A stretch of 64,000 nucleotides of DNA. Origin: Acidimicrobiia bacterium (GTDB lineage: Bacteria; Actinomycetota; Acidimicrobiia; Spongiisociales; ZC4RG35). The notes beneath the pieces were generated by a model. It was not told the origin of the DNA, searched no databases, and worked only from the letters and a program-made list of their open reading frames with translations. This document shows, one piece after another, positions 56,758 through 64,000 of this stretch. The stretch's first letter is position 1; the number at the start of each line of letters is the position of its first letter. Made by a program: the position numbers and the translations under genes. Where the stretch lies: positions 20,974-84,973 of the forward strand of contig DASVDX010000086.1 of assembly GCA_036380875.1 (NCBI GenBank), in the 5' to 3' direction.

Positions 56758-57989
56758 CGGACGTCGGGTCCGAGGTCCGAGGACGGCAGCCAGGCGACGT
56801 CGGGCGGGAACACCAGGTCGACCGCCCAGTCGGTGGCGACCCGGGCCTTGCGCATGAGCGACGGCAGGCGCAACAGGTAGTAGCTGCGGTACAGGAACCA
56901 GCCGAAGAACCCGGAGACCGGCAGACCCAGGACCTGGCCGACAGCGTTTCGGTGGCCGAGGGAGACGAGTTCTCCCCAGTTGCGGTAGCGAAACGCGGGG
57001 ACACGGTGGCCCTGGAGCAGCGCCGGGAGGCGCTTGCCGAGATACTTGCCCTGCCGGAGGGCGAACTGGGCGGTGGGCGGCGAGAACCCTCCCCGCCCGT
57101 CCGGCACGAGCGCGGCGTCACCGAGGGCGAAGATCCCCGGTGCGGCCTGGAGGTGGGCGTCGACGACGAGCCGACCCCGCTCGGTGGGCAGGCCCAACTC
57201 CTCCACCAGCGGATTCGGCCGGACCCCGGCTGCCCAGACCACGGTCTCCGCCTCGATCTGTCGCCCCGATTCGAGCATCACGCCGTGACGGCTGACGGCC
57301 TTCACCTTCTCACCCAAGACCAGGTCGACGCCGCGGCGGGTGAGGGCCTCCTCCGCCTTGGCGGACAACCGCCGGGAGAGGGTGGGGGCGACTCGGTCCA
57401 CGGCATCGACGAGGGTGACGGCAGGATGCGGGGCCGACGTGAAGAACTTCCGCGACGCCTCCCCGAGCAGGTCGGCGAGCGCCGCCGCCAACTCGGCTCC
57501 GGAGTAGCCGGCACCGACGATCACCACGTGCGTGAGGCGACGGTCGCTCTCCTCGGTGGCCGTCTCCAGCAGGGCCAGGATCCGATTGCGGATGCGGAGG
57601 GCGTCGGCGATGGTCTTGAACGGGAGCGCCCACTCCGCCACCCCTTCCACCCCGTACGTGGCGGGAACGGAGCCGAGCGCCACCACGATCCCGTCGGCGG
57701 CGATCTCGACCGGTTCGAGCCCGAAGGGCCGGGCGACTTTCACGGTGCGGTTGGCGGCATCGACCGATTCGACGGCGCCGGCCACGACCCGGGCCTTCGG
57801 GACGAGCTGGCGGATCGGGGTGATGATGTGCCGGGGGTCGAGGTCCCCGGCGGCCACCTCCGCCAACATCGGAGTGAAGAGAAGGAAGTTCTGATCGGAG
57901 ACGATCGTGACCCTCGCCCTGTCGCCGAGGGCGGCGGCGGCGGTCAACCCTGCGAAGCCGCCACCGAGGATCACGACAGATGGGGTCAT
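56754..57989 (-). CDS. ndh: Type II NADH:quinone oxidoreductase (NDH-2)
   Basis: Two Rossmann GxGxxG motifs (VVILGGGFAGL, VVIVGAGYSGAE) and C-terminal membrane-anchoring helices. Start at MTPSVV inside the track ORF 56754..58202. Confidence 0.85.
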   Translation of the reverse strand: MTPSVVILGGGFAGLTAAAALGDRARVTIVSDQNFLLFTPMLAEVAAGDLDPRHIITPIRQLVPKARVVAGAVESVDAANRTVKVARPFGLEPVEIAADGIVVALGSVPATYGVEGVAEWALPFKTIADALRIRNRILALLETATEESDRRLTHVVIVGAGYSGAELAAALADLLGEASRKFFTSAPHPAVTLVDAVDRVAPTLSRRLSAKAEEALTRRGVDLVLGEKVKAVSRHGVMLESGRQIEAETVVWAAGVRPNPLVEELGLPTERGRLVVDAHLQAAPGIFALGDAALVPDGRGGFSPPTAQFALRQGKYLGKRLPALLQGHRVPAFRYRNWGELVSLGHRNAVGQVLGLPVSGFFGWFLYRSYYLLRLPSLMRKARVATDWAVDLVFPPDVAWLPSSDLGPDVR

Positions 57990-58023
57990 GTCGCGATGGT
58001 ATACGGCGTGCCCGGCGATCCTT

Positions 58024-59214
58024 TCAGGCGAGGGTGTAGCCCGCATCGATCCAGGCGACCAGGGCCTCCGACCACACGCCCTGGGCGCCCTTCGCCTCAG
58101 CCGCCTCCCGCACCCTCCGATCCGAGGTGACGACGACGTCGCCCGGACGGGCGGCGTCGATGATCCACTCGTCCGCCGACCCCTCGAAGAGCACGCGCAC
58201 ACGCCGGCTGGTCGGGATCTCCGCCTGATCGACCGACGAGTCGAAGATCACCACAGCCAGGGTTCCCGGCGGCGACAGGGTGACGAGGCGGCCGGCGCTT
58301 TCGACGACCCGGCGCCGAACGCCGGCGCCGCCTTCCGGGGACAGCAGGTGGGCGAGGTTGTAACCGTCGATCAGCCAGCGAACGCGTCGATGGAGCAGCC
58401 AGTGGATCGCCTCGATACGGTCCGGCCGGAGGTCCTTCGGGATCCGCAGCGCCTCGGCGGCGACCACCGAAGGCTCCTCGCCGAGCCCTGGAGGGCGACG
58501 CAACGCCGCCGTGATCCGATCCAACTCGACCGCCAGAGCCTCGGGCTCGGTCGGGAACCACCCCCGCGTCTCCAGCACCGGGGGACCTCCGCCACTTCTC
58601 CGCTCCTTCTCGAGGAGTTGACGAAGGCCCTCGATCCGAGTCTGCAGGTCGGACACTTCGTCTCGCATCCGGTCGAGCTCGGCGGCGAGGCGGGTGGCCT
58701 GACGTTCCGCCTCCCGGGCCCGCTGCTCCGCGTCGCGGCGGGCGCGTTCGGCTGCCGCCAGACGGGCGGCGAAGCGTTGCTCCGTCTTCTGCTCGACCCG
58801 GGCCAGTTGCTCGGCTTCCGCCTTCGTCGCCGCTTGGAGCTCGGTGATCCGCTTCCGGGCAGCCGCCAACTCCCGCTCCAGAGCTCCCCGATCCCGCTCC
58901 TCTGCCCGGGCGGCGGCAGCGGCCGCCATGTCCTCCAAGCGCTCCTCCCAGCCTTCGGGACGACGGATGAACAGATCGGCCGGCGAGTCAGGGTCCAGTT
59001 CGGAGTCGGCGAGAACCTCCTCCCGCAGCCACTCGGAGGTGTCGAGCTCGGCGAGAGCTCGTTTCAGGATGGGGGGCGGCAGGCGCCGGTCAGAGCTCTC
59101 GGCCAGCCGCCGCAGCGGCGCCGGGACGTCCTCGTCGTCCATCCGTTGCAGCACCTTTCGCAGCCGCTCCGCGGCCGGCCTCAGGAGCTCCATCGTCCGG
59201 CGGTCGAGGTCCAT
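58024..59214 (-). CDS. Coiled-coil protein with a C-terminal YacP-like NYN (PIN-like) domain
   Basis: Long Ala/Glu/Arg-rich coiled-coil. C-terminal WLIDGYNLAHLL...VIFDS...VVTSDRRV, typical of NYN_YacP RNase-like domains. Confidence 0.65.
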   Translation of the reverse strand: MDLDRRTMELLRPAAERLRKVLQRMDDEDVPAPLRRLAESSDRRLPPPILKRALAELDTSEWLREEVLADSELDPDSPADLFIRRPEGWEERLEDMAAAAAARAEERDRGALERELAAARKRITELQAATKAEAEQLARVEQKTEQRFAARLAAAERARRDAEQRAREAERQATRLAAELDRMRDEVSDLQTRIEGLRQLLEKERRSGGGPPVLETRGWFPTEPEALAVELDRITAALRRPPGLGEEPSVVAAEALRIPKDLRPDRIEAIHWLLHRRVRWLIDGYNLAHLLSPEGGAGVRRRVVESAGRLVTLSPPGTLAVVIFDSSVDQAEIPTSRRVRVLFEGSADEWIIDAARPGDVVVTSDRRVREAAEAKGAQGVWSEALVAWIDAGYTLA

Positions 59215-59295
59215 GCCCCGACGCTACCGGCTGACAGGCCCTTTCACCGTCCACGAAAAGGGTGTTCGGGCATACCGGGGACCCGTTTAGCGTTG

Positions 59296-60492
59296 CGTCC
59301 GTCTATGGCATCCCTCTGGCGCACGCGCCCGTTTCCCATCATCTGGACGGTCGGTCTCTTCCAGGAGATCGCTTTTTCTTTGATGGTCAACCTCCCCGGG
59401 CGCCTCTACGAACTGGGGATCGAGGAGTCGGGCATCGGCATCGCCTACTCGATGTCCGCCCTCGCCGCCCTCTTGCTCCGCCCATGGTTCGGGCGCGTGT
59501 TGGACGTCGTCCACCGCCGCACTGTGCTTCGGGTTGCCGGAGTGGGGAACATCGTGGCCATCGCCGCCCTGGCCGTGATCGACGAGTCCGGCCTGCTCCT
59601 GTGGGGAGCGTTCCTCTTGCAGCGGATCGTCCAGGTCTTCCTCTACACGACCGCCCTCACCTACGCCGCCGACGCCGTCCCGGTCGGTTTGCGCACCCAG
59701 GGACTGGCTCTGTTCGGTCTGTCCGGCCTGATGCCCATCGCCTTCGCCAACCTCATCGGCGACGCCTTGTTGCGGCTCGGCGGCTATCCGGGTGTGATCG
59801 CCGCCGCCGGGGTGTCCAGCCTCATCGCCTGGGGGCTCGTCTGGGGGCTGCCGCTCCTCCCGGTCCTGGGCGAACGGCCCCGGCGCAGCTTCTGGGCGGT
59901 GGCGATCCAGCGTGACATGCTCCCGTTGTGGTGGATCACCCTGACGTTCTCGATGGGCATGGAGACGGTGTTCACGTTCATCCGCACGTACATCGACACG
60001 GTCGGCATCTCCACCATGGGCACGTTCTTCGTCGTCTACGGCGGAACCGCCACCTTGACGAGGATGCTCGGCGGGAGCCGCTACGACGCCCTCCCCCACC
60101 GCCCCATGGTCGTCTTCGGGGTCGCGATCCAAGGGATCGGGCTCGCCCTCGTCGCCTTCGCCAACGGCGTCGCCATGGTTCTGAGCGGCGCCCTCCTCAT
60201 GGGCCTCGCCCACGGCGGGGTGTTCCCCATCCTGTCGAGCGAGGTGGTGTCGCGGGCGCGGACCGCGGAGCGCGGCTCGGCGGTGGCGATGTTCACGTCG
60301 CTGTTCGACGCCGCGCTGTTGATCGTCGCCCCGCTGGGCGGGTTCCTCATCGAGTGGGCGGGCTACACCCGGGGCTTTTCGACCGTGGCCGCGATCCTCG
60401 TCGCCGGAGCGGCGGTCTACGCTGCCTGGGACCGACGCCTGGTGGCGTCGACCCGTGCCGAGGAACCGGCCGCTGCCGGCGAAGTGGTTTGA
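59296..60492 (+). CDS. MFS transporter
   Basis: 12 predicted TM helices. Start at MASLWRTRPF inside the track ORF 57907..60492. Confidence 0.8.
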   Translation, partial: RPSMASLWRTRPFPIIWTVGLFQEIAFSLMVNLPGRLYELGIEESGIGIAYSMSALAALLLRPWFGRVLDVVHRRTVLRVAGVGNIVAIAALAVIDESGLLLWGAFLLQRIVQVFLYTTALTYAADAVPVGLRTQGLALFGLSGLMPIAFANLIGDALLRLGGYPGVIAAAGVSSLIAWGLVWGLPLLPVLGERPRRSFWAVAIQRDMLPLWWITLTFSMGMETVFTFIRTYIDTVGISTMGTFFVVYGGTATLTRMLGGSRYDALPHRPMVVFGVAIQGIGLALVAFANGVAMVLSGALLMGLAHGGVFPILSSEVVSRARTAERGSAVAMFTSLFDAALLIVAPLGGFLIEWAGYTRGFSTVAAILVAGAAVYAAWDRRLVASTRAEEPAAAGEVV

Positions 60493-60526
60493 CCGCTTCG
60501 CTGCGTGTGGCATACTTGCCCGACAC

Positions 60527-60559
60527 ATGTCCTCGACACTGGTACTTCTTATCGGCTGA
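60527..60559 (+). CDS. ilvBNC leader peptide MSSTLVLLIG (10 aa)
   Basis: ATG tcc tcg aca CTG GTA CTT CTT ATC ggc TGA. Five consecutive Leu/Val/Ile codons. Located 126 nt upstream of ilvB and immediately followed by a 10-bp perfect hairpin and a terminator. Confidence 0.45.
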   Translation: MSSTLVLLIG

Positions 60560-60596
60560 CGCACACGCCCCCAAGACCGGCGTGTGCGTCACCTTG

Positions 60597-60620
60597 CCCT
60601 CCCCAGCGGGAGGGTTTTTT
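60597..60620 (+). terminator. Rho-independent terminator / attenuator (CCCTCCC cagc GGGAGGG TTTTTT)
   Basis: 7-bp GC stem, 4-nt loop and a 6-T tract on the + strand. Preceded at about 60560-60588 by the hairpin CGCACACGCC-cccaagacc-GGCGTGTGCG. Confidence 0.55.
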
Positions 60621-60685
60621 GTATCCAGAGGACGACCCCACGAGACGAAAACCACAGGCAGAGCGAACGACCACCGAGGCAAGCC

Positions 60686-62398
60686 ATGAGCAGCACAACC
60701 GGCGCCCACATCCTCCTGCAATCCCTGGCCTACGAAGGCGTGGACGTGGCGTTCGGTGTACCCGGCGGTGCCATCCTCCCCTTCTACGACTCGCTCTACG
60801 GCGGGCCGATTCGCCACATCCTCGCCCGCCACGAGCAGGGGGCCGGGCACATGGCCGAAGGCTACGCCTGGGCGACCGGGCGCGTGGGCGTGTGCATCGC
60901 CACATCGGGACCCGGCGCGACCAACCTCGTGACCCCACTGGCCGACGCCCTCGTCGATTCGGTCCCAGTGGTGGCGATCACCGGTCAAGTTCCGACGAGC
61001 GCGGTGGGAAACGACGCCTTCCAAGAGGCGTACACGACCGGCATCACGATGCCGGCTACCAAACACAACTACTTCGTCACCGATCCCGATGAGATCCCCC
61101 AGATCGTCCACGAGGCGTTCCACATCGCCGCCACCGGGCGGCCCGGGCCGGTGCTGATCGACTTCCCGAAGGACATCCTCAACGCCCCCACGGGATGGAC
61201 GGAGCCCGACGGGATCAACCTGCCCGGCTACAAGCCGACGGTCGACGGCCACATCCCCCGCATCCGCGAGGCGGCCGAGCTGATCGCCGCCGCCCGGCGC
61301 CCGATCCTCTACGTCGGCGGCGGCATCATCAAGGCCAACGCCGCCGGTCCGCTGCGCACCTTGGCCGAGCGCACGGCGGTGCCCGTCACCACCACCCTGA
61401 TGGGACGGGGCGCCTTCCCGGACGAGCACCCGCTGGCGCTGGGGATGCCAGGGATGCACGGCACCTACGCCGCCATCTCGGCCCTGCAACGGGCCGACCT
61501 GATCATCGCCATCGGGGTGCGTTTCGACGACCGCGTCACCGGAGACCCGAACACGTTCGCCCCCGAGGCGAAGGTGATCCACATCGACGTCGATCCGGCG
61601 GAGATCGGAAAGGTCCGTTACGCCGACGTGCCGATCGTGGGTGACGCCCGCCGCGTCGTCGAGCAACTGATCGAGGCCTGGGGCGACCGCGAAGTGCCCG
61701 ACCGCGAACCGTGGATGGAGATGCTGCGCCGTTGGCAGCGGGAGCATCCCCTTCGCTACACACAGGATCCCGACGGCCCGGTGAAGCCGCAGTACGTGAT
61801 CGAGGAACTGCACCGTCTCACCGGCGGCGACGCCATCCTCGTCTCGGGCGTGGGCCAGCACCAGATGTGGGCCAGCCAGTACTGGAAGTTCGACAACCCG
61901 CGCCGCTGGATCAACTCGGGTGGCCTGGGGACGATGGGCTTCGGGGTGCCCGCCGCCGTCGGCGCCAAGGCGGGAAAACCCGACGAGCTCGTCCTCGCCG
62001 TCGACGGCGACGGCTGCTTCCAGATGACGTCCCAGGAGCTGATCACGGCCGCCGTCGAGGGTCTGCCTGTCAAGGTGGTGGTCTTCAACAACGGTGCCCA
62101 CGGCATGGTGACCCAATGGCAGCGGCTCTTCTACGAAGACCGCTTCTCTGCCTCGCAACTCGGCGACGGCGTCGACTACGTCAAGCTCGCCGAGGCGATG
62201 GGATGCCATGGCTTCAGGGCCACCACCCCGGACGAGGTGTCGCCGACCCTGGAGAAGGCCTTGTCGACCAACGACAAGCCGGTGGTCGTGGAGGTCGTCG
62301 TCGACCGCGAAGAGATGGTGTTCCCGATGGTGCCGGCGGGCGGCTCCTGCGACGAGGTGTTCATCAGCCGGGACGAGAAAGTGAAGCTGGAGCGATGA
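60686..62398 (+). CDS. ilvB: Acetolactate synthase large subunit
   Basis: TPP and FAD domains ([12 protein letters not shown], the TPP motif [15 protein letters not shown]). Start at MSSTTGAH inside the track ORF 60584..62398. Confidence 0.95.
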   Translation: MSSTTGAHILLQSLAYEGVDVAFGVPGGAILPFYDSLYGGPIRHILARHEQGAGHMAEGYAWATGRVGVCIATSGPGATNLVTPLADALVDSVPVVAITGQVPTSAVGNDAFQEAYTTGITMPATKHNYFVTDPDEIPQIVHEAFHIAATGRPGPVLIDFPKDILNAPTGWTEPDGINLPGYKPTVDGHIPRIREAAELIAAARRPILYVGGGIIKANAAGPLRTLAERTAVPVTTTLMGRGAFPDEHPLALGMPGMHGTYAAISALQRADLIIAIGVRFDDRVTGDPNTFAPEAKVIHIDVDPAEIGKVRYADVPIVGDARRVVEQLIEAWGDREVPDREPWMEMLRRWQREHPLRYTQDPDGPVKPQYVIEELHRLTGGDAILVSGVGQHQMWASQYWKFDNPRRWINSGGLGTMGFGVPAAVGAKAGKPDELVLAVDGDGCFQMTSQELITAAVEGLPVKVVVFNNGAHGMVTQWQRLFYEDRFSASQLGDGVDYVKLAEAMGCHGFRATTPDEVSPTLEKALSTNDKPVVVEVVVDREEMVFPMVPAGGSCDEVFISRDEKVKLER

Positions 62399-62901
62399 AG
62401 CACACGCTTTCGGTCCTGGTCGAGAACAAGCCGGGAGTCCTGGCCCGGGTCAGCTCGCTCCTCGCCCGCCGCGGGTTCAACATCCACTCGCTGACGGTCG
62501 GGCCGAGCCACGAGCCGGGACTGTCGCGCATGACCATCGTGGTCGACGCCCCCGAGCTGGAGCAGGTCAAGAAGCAGCTGCACAAGCTCGTCAACGTCGT
62601 GAAGATCTCCGAGCTCGAGAAGAGCCAGTCGATCGAGCGGGAGATCCTCTTGGTGAGGGTCAACGCGCAACCTGCCCGGCGTCAGGAGCTACTGTCCCTG
62701 GCCTCCATCTTCGACGCCACAGCCGTCGATGTGGGGCCCAACTCGATCGCCTTCCAGGTCGTGGGCAAGCCGGAGAAGATCAACGACTTCCTCGACCTGG
62801 TCAGGCCGTACGGAGTCGTCGACCTGGCGAAGTCCGGTTGGGTGGCCATCGCCCGGGAGACGAAGGGTCGGGGCGCAGCGACGCTCCGAGCCGTCAACTG
62901 A
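62395..62901 (+). CDS. ilvN: Acetolactate synthase small (regulatory) subunit
   Basis: ACT domain [34 protein letters not shown] overlap with the ilvB stop. Read as the C-terminal part of the track ORF 61711..62901. Confidence 0.92.
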   Translation: MKHTLSVLVENKPGVLARVSSLLARRGFNIHSLTVGPSHEPGLSRMTIVVDAPELEQVKKQLHKLVNVVKISELEKSQSIEREILLVRVNAQPARRQELLSLASIFDATAVDVGPNSIAFQVVGKPEKINDFLDLVRPYGVVDLAKSGWVAIARETKGRGAATLRAVN

Positions 62902-62921
62902 AGACAGGGAAAGAGGAACCA

Positions 62922-63926
62922 GTGGCAACGATCTACTACGAGAAGGACGCCGACCCAGCTCTGATCAAGGAACGGCGTGTGGCGATCATCGGCTACGGCA
63001 GCCAGGGTCACGCTCACGCCCTCAACCTGAAGGACTCGGGAGCCGACGTCGTGGTCGGGTTGCGCGAGGGCTCTTCCTCGTGGGATCAGGCGACCCAGGA
63101 CGGCCTCACGGTGAAGTCCGTCGCCGAGGCCGCCCGGTGGGCCAACGTCGTCATGCTGCTGGTGCCCGACGAGGTGATGGCTCAGCTCTACGAGGAGCAC
63201 GTCGCCCCCAACCTCGACGAGAACGACGCCCTGATGTTCGCCCACGGCTTCAACATCCACTACGGGGCGATCACCCCACCGGAGGACGTGGACGTGCTCA
63301 TGGTGGCGCCGAAGGGCCCCGGCCATCTGGTGCGCCGCACGTTCACGGAGGGATCGGGCGTGCCGTGCTTGATCGCCATCCACCAGGACGCCACCGGCTC
63401 GGCGAAGGAGTTGGGCCTGTCCTACGCCTACGGCATCGGCGGGACGCGCGGTGGTGTGCTGGAGACGACGTTCAAGGAGGAAACCGAAACCGACCTGTTC
63501 GGCGAGCAGGTCATCCTCTGCGGCGGCCTGGCAGAGCTGATCAAGGCGAGCTTCGAGACACTGGTGGAGGCCGGCTACCAGCCTGAGTCCGCCTACTTCG
63601 AGACGCTCCACGAGCTCAAGCTGATCGTCGATCTCCTCTATGAGGGCGGCCTGTCGTACATGCGGTATTCGATCTCCAACACGGCCGAGTACGGCGACTA
63701 CACGAGGGGCCGCCGGATCATCACCGAGGAGACCCGCAAGGAGATGAAGAAGGTCCTGGAGGAGATCCAGTCCGGGGCGTTCGCCAACGAGTGGATGGCC
63801 CAGGCTCGGGAAGGCGCTCCTCATCTCCTCGAGCAGCGCCAGGCAAACCGGTCGCATCAGATCGAACAGGTCGGCGCCCAGCTCCGCGGCCTGATGCCGT
63901 TCATCGAGGCCAAGCAGGCTCCCTGA
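62922..63926 (+). CDS. ilvC: Ketol-acid reductoisomerase
   Basis: NADPH motif [15 protein letters not shown] and the class I KARI C-terminal domain. GTG start with an AAGAGGA Shine-Dalgarno sequence 4 nt upstream. The track ORF starts at 62838. Confidence 0.95.
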   Translation: MATIYYEKDADPALIKERRVAIIGYGSQGHAHALNLKDSGADVVVGLREGSSSWDQATQDGLTVKSVAEAARWANVVMLLVPDEVMAQLYEEHVAPNLDENDALMFAHGFNIHYGAITPPEDVDVLMVAPKGPGHLVRRTFTEGSGVPCLIAIHQDATGSAKELGLSYAYGIGGTRGGVLETTFKEETETDLFGEQVILCGGLAELIKASFETLVEAGYQPESAYFETLHELKLIVDLLYEGGLSYMRYSISNTAEYGDYTRGRRIITEETRKEMKKVLEEIQSGAFANEWMAQAREGAPHLLEQRQANRSHQIEQVGAQLRGLMPFIEAKQAP

Positions 63927-64000
63927 GGCCCGGACCGAAGACGCGCACATGACTCTGGCTAGGTGGAAGGTTGTGGGTAGCGGATCCGGCACTTCGTGCG

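Noticed and set aside
57907-60492. 861-aa + strand ORF covering the NYN gene antisense and the MFS transporter
   Set aside because: Only the last 398 aa (from MASLWRTRPF) are a membrane transporter. The upstream part is antisense low-complexity sequence over a supported minus-strand gene.
61711-62901. 396-aa ORF implying an ilvB-ilvN fusion product
   Set aside because: Its first 228 codons are an alternative frame inside ilvB. The real ilvN starts at the ATGA overlap at 62395, the typical ilvBN junction.

Overview
This is a high-GC (about 70%) chromosomal segment with actinobacterial gene content and order. The window looks like core chromosome, not an island. I found no rRNA, tRNA or CRISPR.

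Gene blocks, in order:
- 1-12.2 kb: a pair of ArsA-family ATPases, a secreted HExxH protein, dnaE1, a rhomboid protease, rluD, lspA, a DksA/TraR zinc-finger protein and ileS.
- 12.2-29.4 kb: a complete division/cell-wall (dcw) cluster on the minus strand: mraZ-rsmH-ftsL-like-ftsI-murE-mraY-murD-ftsW-murG-murC-murB-ftsQ-ftsZ-pgeF-yggS-sepF-yggT-divIVA. It has no murF or ddl, and murB sits between murC and ftsQ.
- 29.6-38.5 kb: an HNH nuclease, a repeat-containing hypothetical, a MoxR/DUF58/transglutaminase triad, a MerR regulator, a DUF3040 protein, a histidine phosphatase and membrane proteins.
- 38.5-42.9 kb: a fatty-acid synthesis (FAS-II) operon, fabD-fabH-fabG-acpP-fabF.
- 43.0-44.4 kb: a DUF222/HNH REP13E12-like element.
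- 44.4-51.5 kb: an isochorismatase-like hydrolase, a threonine aldolase, an aminotransferase, and a tightly coupled operon of SRPBCC / ArsA-HSP20 fusion / 63-aa protein / ROK glucokinase / DUF1232, followed by a metallophosphoesterase.
- 51.5-64 kb: ilvD, a frameshifted alpha-glucan phosphorylase, queG, a type II NADH dehydrogenase, a NYN-domain protein, an MFS transporter and ilvBNC.

Main observations:
- A textbook-looking attenuator (leader peptide MSSTLVLLIG, a 10-bp hairpin and a Rho-independent terminator) sits in front of ilvB.
- A single-base frameshift lies exactly at the PLP-lysine motif of glgP.
- A run of 10-bp-spaced GTGGGG repeats overlaps a sigma-70-like promoter in front of mraZ.
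- murF is missing between murE and mraY.
- A fourth ArsA paralog is fused to an HSP20-like domain and is translationally coupled to an uncharacterised 63-aa protein.
- A 59-aa Cys-rich ORF (CxxCC...CxxC) below the ORF-track size cutoff lies just upstream of queG.

Coordinates of gene starts come from the ORF track plus codon offsets. Coordinates of small motifs may be off by 1-2 nt.
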